64,000 bases of DNA, taken from positions 81,032-145,031 of the forward strand of contig JAEZQY010000001.1 of assembly GCA_023441055.1 (NCBI GenBank). Direction: 5' to 3'. Below, in pieces: positions 19,396-27,454 of this stretch. Under the pieces are notes generated by a model. The model did not search any database, had not been told where the DNA came from, and saw only the letters and a list, made by a program, of their open reading frames with translations. The position numbers and the translations under genes were made by a program. The stretch is from Bacillota bacterium (lineage in GTDB: Bacteria; Bacillota; Bacilli; Paenibacillales; UBA4045). Position 1 is the stretch's first letter, and each line of letters opens with the position of its first letter.

Positions 19396-19525
19396 AGAGC
19401 TCGTCCTGATCGTATATTCGCAGCTCAACGAGCATGGATGAGACGCTGGCCGCACGCAAGCCTGCGTTGAATTACCTGCGTGCGTTTCATCTGCGTCTCA
19501 TTCCATGTCGCGTTCAAGCCTTATT

Positions 19526-22500
19526 TTATATCAGCAGCTTCAATAATCGATTAATCACAGCCGCCGCTTGGGCACGACTGCCGAATTGCTCCGGCCTGAA
19601 ACTCCCGTCGATCCCTTGGAGCAGACCGAGCGAGCTGGCTGCGCGAACCTGATTGCGCGACCACTGGCTAATCTGCGCGGCATCCTTGTAGTCGGGTTCA
19701 TCGACATCCTCGAACTGCTCTATACGGCTATCTGTCGCATACAAGTACGCCTGCATGATCATGACTGCCATCTGCTGTCTGGTGATCCGCTCATTGGGCG
19801 CGAAACGGTCGTCATTCATCCCTCTTATAATGCCGTTCTGATAGGCTGCACGAATATCATTCGCGTACCACGCGTCCTTCGGTACGTCTAGGAATGGCAA
19901 TGATTGATCCTTCGGCGCAAGCTTCAATGCCCTGGATAGCATAGCCGCGAATTGTGCTCTCGTCACATGCCCTTCGGGGTGATAGAGCTGCTCAGTCATG
20001 CCGCTAACGATCTGCTTGGCCGCTAGCGATTCAATGTCCGATCTAGCCCAATGCTGGGTGATATCTGCGAAGGTCTTATCGCTCTCGAACACGCCGTAGA
20101 CGGAGAAGTGCGCAAGCGCTGTCGAGATACTGTCGTCATGATGATATAGGCCTCCGATATAACGCCATTGCTGCTGACTAGTCTCATAGTGGAAAATACC
20201 GGCACGATCATGATTCGTACTCGGATCCACATGGAGCGTCAATCGCACTGCACCGGATAATCGTTCTAACGGCTGATCATTCAGCAGCCAGACGAAATCA
20301 TAAGCATCTGATCGATCATGCAGCGCTTGCTGAGTAGCCGCTTGCATGACGGAAGGTTCCGCAGGCTTCACCTTGAGCTTTACCCGATCAGTATCCGTGA
20401 CCTTCAACCAATGTGGAGGCAATTCTAGGAGCCAGTAGCCGGTATCAATAATTATTGACTTGTTCTTCGCAGCAGCCAGCGCAATAATTGGACCGGTCAA
20501 CTCCAGTGTAAGATGTTCATACGGCTCATCGTATGGAATTTCGATCGTGTAGACGGAATCGGAACCGTTCAGCCGGTTGCGGGCATTCTGCTCATTGGGT
20601 TCATACGTCAATGTCACCTGATCAGCCTCACCTGTGTAGGTGACCTTATCCGATAGATCAATAGCGAATCCTATGAACGGCGCCCCGCTACCATTACCGC
20701 TATCACTACCATTATCACCATTATCGCCTTTCCCATCATCCGTCTTCGCAGGCTGCGTACTGACCTCCAGTCGCGCTTCGTCTGATAGATTGCCTGCTTG
20801 ATTAATCGCGGCAATCGAGAACGCATATTTCGTAGCTGGCTTCAGCTGGTCTGCGGTATAAGCTGGCCCGGTCACATAATCTGTCATGTCAGCATCTCCA
20901 TCCGAGACGTTGACCCGGTATTCGACCGCGCTCGGAACGGCATTCCATTCCAGAGAGATGCTGCTGTCGGTCACGACGGTCTCTCGCACATTCTGCGGTT
21001 TATCCGGCGTGCCGATTACCGCCTTGATAGCCTCGCTGTAGAGTGAGCGGCGCCCGAGATAGTCAATGGCTGCAATCGTATAGCTGAGCTCTTGACCAAT
21101 GGTTAATCCCTCATGTGCATACTCGGTTACATCGTAGAGCGTCTCCGACGCGCCATCCTTGAACGTTAGCTCATAGCCCATAACCTGATCTTCAATGGAC
21201 GCTGTCCACTTCAGCAGGATTGATTCGTTGGTCTGTGATGCGATGTGGAAGCCGCTAACTGGTGAAGGCAAAGTCATCTCGACTGCGCTGAGATTATCCG
21301 TCGATTCATTCCCTGCAACATCGACAGCAGCTACCGAGACTGTATAGGTCGTAAGCGGCTGCAGCTCGTTAATCGTCAATCTCGTGTCCGTCGTTGTGTA
21401 AACCTGATCATCGACGAAGACGCGATATTCCGCTGCATCCGGCACAGCATGCCATTCCACCATTAAGGCTTGATGGGTGAAGTCATAGATATTCACATAG
21501 TCCGGAGCTGCTGGAGGTGTAGTATCCGCAGTTGGCAATGTTCGGAAGGAGATGACGCTCTCCGATGAATAGTTAGCCGACGTGTCCACTGCAGCAACCT
21601 TAAACGTATAATCAGAGTCCGCCAGCAGCGGAAGAGTGGTATAGCTAGTGTCTCTAGTTACACTAACTATCCGGCCATCTTCAGAGAATACCTCATAATG
21701 ATCAACCGCGATATTGTCCGTGGACGGTTCCCAACTGATTGTCACAGTGCCATCGGCATTGAATGCATGCGAGATCTCACCGGGTCTAGTCGGATTCTTC
21801 GCGGCGATCTGCCCATGGACCATGATCGCCTGCACCGCATCATACCAGATATCGCCCATGATCTCGAAGGCTTCACGGCCCGGATGAATGCCATCCTGGA
21901 TCGGATCGCCATGGACATAAGGGAAGTACTCATTCTTCATAAGCGAATAGGTGTCGACGAAGCCGACCTTCTGTCCACGACTTTGATGCTCTACGATAAG
22001 AGCCCTGATCTTCGCATTGAAGATAAGCACACGAGGGGTGAATACGTCAGGATCGGATTGCATAGGCGTAATACTAGAGATGATGATGTGAGTGCTCGGA
22101 GAGAGCTCATGAATCCGGTCAATTAATTCTGACACATCATCAGGCGCAGCAGCTGCTCGACCAGCGGAGAACATATCATTGGTGCCTGTGAATACGAGCA
22201 GAATATCTGGGTTGTACAGAGGCACCTGCTTGTCCACGAGCGCGATCAGATCGTCTACGGTATAGCCGGAGTCGCCATGGCCTTCATGATCGAGATCAGG
22301 TGCTATGTCGCCGACAGCTCCGAATGGATTGTCGGTTCGGGAGCCGACCAAATTGGCATCAAGTCCGGCCTGACGCAGCTTCTGCCAGAGGAAGCCGCGA
22401 TAGCCGCCTTCATAGAATTTTCCATACGTCATGGAGGCGCCAATCGGCATAATCGTAGTGCTGCCTGCTGATTTGGCCGTCACGGTCACCAGATTATTGC

Positions 22501-23362
22501 TCGGATCAGACATAACGCCGTTCTCCGTCTCAGCAGATACTGTGAAGCGATATTGCGCAGCTGCCCGCAGATTCGTCACGGTGAAGTCGGTGACATCGCC
22601 ATACACAGCACCGATGACCGTATCGTCTTGGGCGATATGGTAGCGGGCAATGGCTTCACTTCCGACAGGCGGGCTCCAGGCGAGCTGGATTGTGGTATCC
22701 GTTGCGCTGACAGCATGAAGTAATCTAGGCGACCAGCTGCTAGTCAAGCTTAGATTGTCGATCTGAATCACACCGCTGCCGTCAGCTTCACGGGCCTTCA
22801 GAATGATATGAACCTTAGCGTAACTGGCATCGGCCGGTGTATAAGCACTGAGCAGCTCGCGGATAGGCGTGCCGATATTGCTGTTGTCCAGCGCGCGATA
22901 TATATTCCTCTCGTTAGACTTCCCTTCCAGATAACGCCCTTCTGCGTCCAGATACTCCAATCGGAGCGTGACGAGTGCATTATTCATCTGTTCGATGTAC
23001 AAATCAGCCGACAGCGTGATCCATTCGCCTGGATTTACACGGACGGTTTGGACAATTCGCTTGGTCTCATATTGCCATTCGAAGCGAGGGGCAGTGATTT
23101 GATAAGCATATTGATTATGATCGTCATAGACCATTGCAGTTACCGTTCCCATGGTGCCAGAGGACACATCCTGATAAGTCTCCCACGGCTCGGCGTCACC
23201 AGTCTCGAAATCGCCGTTCACAAGCAGATTGACTGCTGCTAAGGCGCTTGAGCCGTCGCTCCCAGCGGGCACAGGGGGGGAATCTGCGGCGGATAATAGG
23301 ATAGATGCCAGCATTGACCCGATGATGATACCAATAAGCGATAGACGACGTACACGTTTCAT
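19526..23362 (-). CDS. Large S-layer-anchored surface protein: signal peptide - CBM-like - Fn3 - SGNH/GDSL hydrolase - Fn3 array - 3x SLH
   Basis: Signal peptide MKRVRRLSLIGIIIGSMLASILLSA follows a GAGAGGAG RBS. SGNH blocks are present (IMPIGASMTYG, GHGDSG, LVFTGTNDM, DGIHPG). There are several Fn3-like repeats (e.g. LEWNAVPSAVEYRVNV). Three C-terminal SLH repeats are present (FADITQHWARSDIESLAAKQIVSG...). Confidence 0.85.
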   Translation of the reverse strand: MKRVRRLSLIGIIIGSMLASILLSAADSPPVPAGSDGSSALAAVNLLVNGDFETGDAEPWETYQDVSSGTMGTVTAMVYDDHNQYAYQITAPRFEWQYETKRIVQTVRVNPGEWITLSADLYIEQMNNALVTLRLEYLDAEGRYLEGKSNERNIYRALDNSNIGTPIRELLSAYTPADASYAKVHIILKAREADGSGVIQIDNLSLTSSWSPRLLHAVSATDTTIQLAWSPPVGSEAIARYHIAQDDTVIGAVYGDVTDFTVTNLRAAAQYRFTVSAETENGVMSDPSNNLVTVTAKSAGSTTIMPIGASMTYGKFYEGGYRGFLWQKLRQAGLDANLVGSRTDNPFGAVGDIAPDLDHEGHGDSGYTVDDLIALVDKQVPLYNPDILLVFTGTNDMFSAGRAAAAPDDVSELIDRIHELSPSTHIIISSITPMQSDPDVFTPRVLIFNAKIRALIVEHQSRGQKVGFVDTYSLMKNEYFPYVHGDPIQDGIHPGREAFEIMGDIWYDAVQAIMVHGQIAAKNPTRPGEISHAFNADGTVTISWEPSTDNIAVDHYEVFSEDGRIVSVTRDTSYTTLPLLADSDYTFKVAAVDTSANYSSESVISFRTLPTADTTPPAAPDYVNIYDFTHQALMVEWHAVPDAAEYRVFVDDQVYTTTDTRLTINELQPLTTYTVSVAAVDVAGNESTDNLSAVEMTLPSPVSGFHIASQTNESILLKWTASIEDQVMGYELTFKDGASETLYDVTEYAHEGLTIGQELSYTIAAIDYLGRRSLYSEAIKAVIGTPDKPQNVRETVVTDSSISLEWNAVPSAVEYRVNVSDGDADMTDYVTGPAYTADQLKPATKYAFSIAAINQAGNLSDEARLEVSTQPAKTDDGKGDNGDNGSDSGNGSGAPFIGFAIDLSDKVTYTGEADQVTLTYEPNEQNARNRLNGSDSVYTIEIPYDEPYEHLTLELTGPIIALAAAKNKSIIIDTGYWLLELPPHWLKVTDTDRVKLKVKPAEPSVMQAATQQALHDRSDAYDFVWLLNDQPLERLSGAVRLTLHVDPSTNHDRAGIFHYETSQQQWRYIGGLYHHDDSISTALAHFSVYGVFESDKTFADITQHWARSDIESLAAKQIVSGMTEQLYHPEGHVTRAQFAAMLSRALKLAPKDQSLPFLDVPKDAWYANDIRAAYQNGIIRGMNDDRFAPNERITRQQMAVMIMQAYLYATDSRIEQFEDVDEPDYKDAAQISQWSRNQVRAASSLGLLQGIDGSFRPEQFGSRAQAAAVINRLLKLLI

Positions 23363-23610
23363 TAATATAACGCTCCTCTCGTATTCCACATCCTCAGTCC
23401 AAGGACATTGTATAATAGAATGATAGATATGGTAAATGGTGTTAAAATGTAACGTTATGTATCATCTTGTCGATCCATGTGTAAATGCGTCCCTTACCGC
23501 TCGATTTGTAAAGAAATTGCGTATTCGCTATCATGAATACCAACGAACATAGGAGCGTTGTAAGCAATCAAGCTAGTCATTTCTGAGTGGAGGTGGATGA
23601 TGTGAGCAAT

Positions 23611-24453
23611 ATGAACAACAACTGGCGATTTATAAATTCAGGGCCGTGCTCGCCTGCGGAGAACATGGCGATAGACGAAGCGATTTTGACCAGTCACAGC
23701 AAGGGGCTAGTGCCTCCAACTGTACGATTCTACGGCTGGAGTCCAGCGACGCTGACGATTGGTTATTTTCAGAAGGCGGATGAAGAGGTGAATTTCGAGC
23801 GGCTGCATGCCCGCGGACTCGGCTTCGTGCGGCGTCCAACAGGCGGCAGAGCCGTGCTGCATGATGCAGAGCTGACATACAGCATCATCGTGTCAGAGGA
23901 TTATCCGGGTATTCCGAGTACCGTGAATGAAGCTTATCGGGTGCTGAGTGAGGGGCTGGTGCATGGGTTTCGCAGACTCGGCTTGCAGGCGGAGATGGTC
24001 AATCTGTCGAGCGAGGAGGACAAATCGAAGATGATGACAGGCTCGGCTGCCTGCTTCGATTCGCCTTCCTGGTATGAGCTCGTTGTTGAAGGACGCAAGG
24101 TCGCGGGCTCTGCGCAGGTCAGACAGAAGGGCGTCGTGCTGCAGCATGGCTCGATTCTGCTGGATCTGGATGTTGACCTGTTGTTCGAGGTGCTGCAATT
24201 CCCCAGTGAACGTGTCCGGGAGCGCTTGCGGGCATCCTTCACGGAGAAGGCTGTAGCCATTAATGATGTGAAGCGCAGACTGGGGCACGCGGAAGTGAGC
24301 TTGACAGAGGCTGAGGCGGCATTTCGAAGCGGATTAGCGGAGGGTCTCGGCGTTGAGCTGGAGTCCGGCGATCTGTCCGAATGGGAGCGGGAGCTTGCGC
24401 TGCAGCTCGTTCTGGAGAAGTACGGTCACCGGGATTGGAATTTCCGCAGATGA
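23611..24453 (+). CDS. lipM: Octanoyltransferase LipM (lipoate-protein ligase family)
   Basis: About 280 aa in the LplA/LipM family (WRFINSG...ENMAIDEAIL...RFYGW.PATLTIGYFQ). Synteny with yqhH/yqhG matches Bacillus yqhM=lipM. The start is ambiguous (GTG 23587/23602 or ATG 23611). Confidence 0.75.
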   Translation: MNNNWRFINSGPCSPAENMAIDEAILTSHSKGLVPPTVRFYGWSPATLTIGYFQKADEEVNFERLHARGLGFVRRPTGGRAVLHDAELTYSIIVSEDYPGIPSTVNEAYRVLSEGLVHGFRRLGLQAEMVNLSSEEDKSKMMTGSAACFDSPSWYELVVEGRKVAGSAQVRQKGVVLQHGSILLDLDVDLLFEVLQFPSERVRERLRASFTEKAVAINDVKRRLGHAEVSLTEAEAAFRSGLAEGLGVELESGDLSEWERELALQLVLEKYGHRDWNFRR

Positions 24454-24479
24454 TCCGCGCACATCGCCGCATGGGAAAA

Positions 24480-24521
24480 TGTGATGAAGATCACTAGCGT
24501 TCCTCATCAATCTTCTATAAT
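24480..24521 (+). promoter_or_regulatory. Crp/Fnr-type box plus -10 element upstream of the RIC gene
   Basis: TGTGAtgaagaTCACT (24480-24495) has its centre 28.5 bp upstream of TATAAT (24516-24521). Confidence 0.55.
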
Positions 24522-24573
24522 GAATGTATAAGCAATGAGATTTATTCTCAGTTGAATAGAAGGAGGACGTCAT

Positions 24574-25293
24574 ATGAAGCCCATTAGGATTGAGCAGAAT
24601 CGGCCAATCGGTGAGATTGTAGCTGATTTCCCGACTGCCGCGCTTATCTTCAAGAAGCACCGCATCGATTTCTGCTGCGGTGGTGATCGGCCGCTGTCAG
24701 TCGCGGCAGGCGCGAAGCAGGTCGACGTTCAGACCGTCATCGAGGAGCTGCATGCCGCATACCAGGCTGAGGCTAATCGCAAGGATCGCGGCACGGATTG
24801 GCAATCCGCGGACTACACAGCGTTAGTCGATCATGTGTTAGATACTCATCACGCCTATCTAAAGCGCGAGCTTAGCGGTATCGGCGAGTTCACGAATCGT
24901 ATTCGCAATGTGCATGGTTATCATCATCCTGAATTGCTGCGCCTCGATGAGCTGTTCCGCCAGGTGAAGGCAGAGCTTGAGGAGCATATGCAGAAGGAGG
25001 AAGCGCAAATCTTCCCGCTTGTGAAGCAATATGCGGCTGCAGGAGACAGAGAACTGCTGGCAGAAGCCGTCAAGACGATTGACGAGCTGGAGGCGGAGCA
25101 TAGCGCAGTAGGCGAACTGCTGGAGGAGATGCGCGAGATTACCGCGGACTATACGCTGCCACCGGAGGCTTGCCGGAGCTATACGGTCACATTCGAGAAG
25201 CTGGAGGAGCTGGAGGATGATATGTTCCAGCATATCCATCTTGAGAATAATATCATGTTCCCTAGACTGGAGAAGGAGCTGAGTGCCTTATGA
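24574..25293 (+). CDS. scdA: Iron-sulfur cluster repair di-iron protein (RIC / ScdA / YtfE family)
   Basis: N-terminal ScdA_N signature (HRIDFCCGGDRPL) plus a hemerythrin-like His/Glu-rich C-domain. AGGAGG RBS. Confidence 0.85.
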   Translation: MKPIRIEQNRPIGEIVADFPTAALIFKKHRIDFCCGGDRPLSVAAGAKQVDVQTVIEELHAAYQAEANRKDRGTDWQSADYTALVDHVLDTHHAYLKRELSGIGEFTNRIRNVHGYHHPELLRLDELFRQVKAELEEHMQKEEAQIFPLVKQYAAAGDRELLAEAVKTIDELEAEHSAVGELLEEMREITADYTLPPEACRSYTVTFEKLEELEDDMFQHIHLENNIMFPRLEKELSAL

Positions 25294-25577
25294 TGAAACT
25301 GCCCATGCTGAAGGAGAAGGATTGGTCGCTGAATCTGGAGGATGAAGCCTTCGTCGACAATCCGCAGGAGCTGATCGAAGAGGCAGTTAAGGCGGTGGAG
25401 ATCACCGCTGCCGGCCATTACGTGAATCTGGTGACGCCTGCTGGAACCGGTCACCCGGAGCAGGGGCTGCTCGGCGAAATCAAGCAAGCTATCGATCGCG
25501 CAGGTGTCGCTTATCAACAGATTGTTTACGTGGACGAATGCGGATGCGGCGGCTTCGTCACCAGAGTATATCGATAA
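25290..25577 (+). CDS. Small conserved protein with a C-terminal CGCGG motif
   Basis: 95 aa ending ...YVDECGCGGFVTRVYR. Its ATG overlaps the RIC stop (ATGA, 25290-25293), which implies translational coupling. Confidence 0.6.
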   Translation: MMKLPMLKEKDWSLNLEDEAFVDNPQELIEEAVKAVEITAAGHYVNLVTPAGTGHPEQGLLGEIKQAIDRAGVAYQQIVYVDECGCGGFVTRVYR

Positions 25578-25595
25578 TTTGCATTAGCTTTTGAG

Positions 25596-25706
25596 GTAGT
25601 TTTGTTGCGATGATTACTCAGGGGGTATAGCTTCACAAAACTAAGCGTATGCTTCCGAAGTAGTTTTGTTGCGATGATTACTCAAGAGGTATAGCTTCAC
25701 AAAACT
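25596..25706 (+). repeat. Two copies of a 47-nt hairpin-capable element (64-bp period)
   Basis: GTAGTTTTGTTGCGATGATTACTCA[G/A]G[G/A]GGTATAGCTTCACAAAACT occurs at 25596-25642 and 25660-25706. Each copy has AGTTTTGT...ACAAAACT inverted ends. No T-run follows either copy. Confidence 0.85.
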
Positions 25707-25723
25707 TGGAGGAGGAACTAATC

Positions 25724-26065
25724 ATGGAAATCAAATCCTTAGGTCCATTGCGAGAGTTCGGCGAGGAACGCTTCACGAAGAGAATTATTCACAAGAAGGA
25801 TGAAAGTGTCGTATTCGTGTTAAACTTCGAGCCGGGACAGGAGCTGCCTACGCATAACCACCCGGGGACGGCTGTCTACATTCTGGTATTATCCGGCTCA
25901 GGCGAGGTGGTGATTGACGGGACGCCGTCCGCAATTACGGAAGATGATGTGGTATGGGTCGATGGAGCAGAGCAGTTCGCGTTCAAGAATACCGGCAGCG
26001 AGCGCGTTACGCTCTATGTCATGCTGGCGAAGATTCCGGATGAGCGATTCGCGCAGAATATCTAA
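25724..26065 (+). CDS. Cupin-domain protein
   Basis: Cupin motif (PTHNHPGTAVYILVLSGSGEVVIDG). GGAGGAGG RBS precedes the ATG at 25724. Confidence 0.75.
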   Translation: MEIKSLGPLREFGEERFTKRIIHKKDESVVFVLNFEPGQELPTHNHPGTAVYILVLSGSGEVVIDGTPSAITEDDVVWVDGAEQFAFKNTGSERVTLYVMLAKIPDERFAQNI

Positions 26066-26083
26066 TGAATGGAGGCTGGCGCG

Positions 26084-27349
26084 ATGACGGCGTCCAAGGC
26101 ACCCACTAATTTATACATTCTGCGATTAAGTTTCATACACTTCGCGACCGGCATCCTGCTATTACTGACAGCGATGCTGGCCGCTATCTGGCTAATTCCG
26201 GATATCGCGCAACTGGGCACATTCCGAGTGACAGAAGGGTGGCTGCTGGCCCATCTGCTGCTGCTCGGCTTCGCCTCCATGACAGCGATCGGCGCGAGCT
26301 ATCAGCTAGTGCAAGTCATCATGCGCACCGCACTGTTCAGCCGGCCGCTCGGATACGTCCAGTATGTCTGCTATACAGTCGGTCTGCTGCTCATCCTGCT
26401 CGGTTTCGGCTGGCGAATCCAGTTCGTGGCGCCGGGCGGCACGCTTGTCATTATCGGCATTATACTATACTGCGTTAATATGGGTATGACCTTGCTGCGC
26501 AAGCGCGAGTGGAACCCCTTCGTGCTGGGGATTGCGCTCAGTGCGGCCGCCTTCCTAGCGGCAGGTGTCATGGGCACGCTGCTGGGGCTGTATCTGGCGG
26601 GGAATCTGCCGTCTGCGCTGTCTGCGCTGGAGTACGATGTACTCTTCGGCAGCCATCTGTGGCTAGGGATCGGCGGCTGGCTGTCCGGTCTGATCGTGGT
26701 GTTCAGCTTCAAGCTGCTGCCCATGTTCTATGTGTCACCCAAGAAGGTGACCAGACAAGTGTATGCGATTATAGGCGGCTTCCACACAGGCATTGGGCTG
26801 CAGGTGGTGTCACTGTGGCTTAGACAAGATACGCTTACGCTGGCAGCTTATCTGATCATTGGCGGTTCAGCGGTCTGGTTCACGATCTACTTGTTCCGGG
26901 TACGTGCACTCAGCCGCGCGAAGTCGCCAGTCGGTGCTGTGCGGACAGCCTTCTGGCTTATCCCATTACATACCGCGCTGTTCCTGCTATGGGGCGCGAT
27001 GATCCAGCTTCATATAGCAGAGGACCTACTCCATGAGAGCGTTCTGGCGTTCATAACACTAGGGTGGTTCATCCCTTCAATCTTAGCCTATCTGTCCAAA
27101 ATACTGCCATTCCTCTGGTGGGCGCATCGGTTCCGTACCGGGGCGCAGAAGAAGGCAGCTGTGCTGCTCTCTGAGATGCTGCCAGAGCGTCGGCTGACGC
27201 TGGAGCTGACTGGATACATAATAGGCGCTGCCTTACTGTCAATTGGCTTCTACTACGGTTCTGCCGCAATTGTGGTATTAGGGCAGGTGCTTATGACGGG
27301 CTTCCTGCTGGTCTATCTGTGTGAGCTGACCCGCACCTTCCGATACTGA
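26084..27349 (+). CDS. 12-TM His-bearing integral membrane protein, paralogue 1 (NnrS-like / haem-copper-oxidase-subunit-I-like; family not verified)
   Basis: About 12 hydrophobic helices. Blocks are shared with the protein at 36541-37773 (GW..AHLL.LG.A.M...GA.YQL; H.WLG..GW......FSFK.LPMFY.S; .LAYLSKI.PFLWW.H.). GGAGG lies 8 nt before the ATG at 26084, which is 18 nt past the cupin stop at 26063-26065. Confidence 0.6.
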   Translation: MTASKAPTNLYILRLSFIHFATGILLLLTAMLAAIWLIPDIAQLGTFRVTEGWLLAHLLLLGFASMTAIGASYQLVQVIMRTALFSRPLGYVQYVCYTVGLLLILLGFGWRIQFVAPGGTLVIIGIILYCVNMGMTLLRKREWNPFVLGIALSAAAFLAAGVMGTLLGLYLAGNLPSALSALEYDVLFGSHLWLGIGGWLSGLIVVFSFKLLPMFYVSPKKVTRQVYAIIGGFHTGIGLQVVSLWLRQDTLTLAAYLIIGGSAVWFTIYLFRVRALSRAKSPVGAVRTAFWLIPLHTALFLLWGAMIQLHIAEDLLHESVLAFITLGWFIPSILAYLSKILPFLWWAHRFRTGAQKKAAVLLSEMLPERRLTLELTGYIIGAALLSIGFYYGSAAIVVLGQVLMTGFLLVYLCELTRTFRY

Positions 27350-27454
27350 TGTAGCTGATAATGGAAATCTTAAGAAGCACGCTATATCTAGGGTGCGTTG
27401 GGTTATAATGGTATAGTGGGATCATAAAGCTGAATCGATAGGGGTGTCTAGTCG

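Noticed and set aside
19102-19470. Three ORFs (88, 109 and 74 aa) with 17-residue periodic peptide repeats.
   Set aside because: They arise only because the 51-bp DNA repeat is a multiple of 3. They are open in several frames on both strands, with no RBS and no signal peptide or other protein-like context. I treat them as non-coding tandem repeat.
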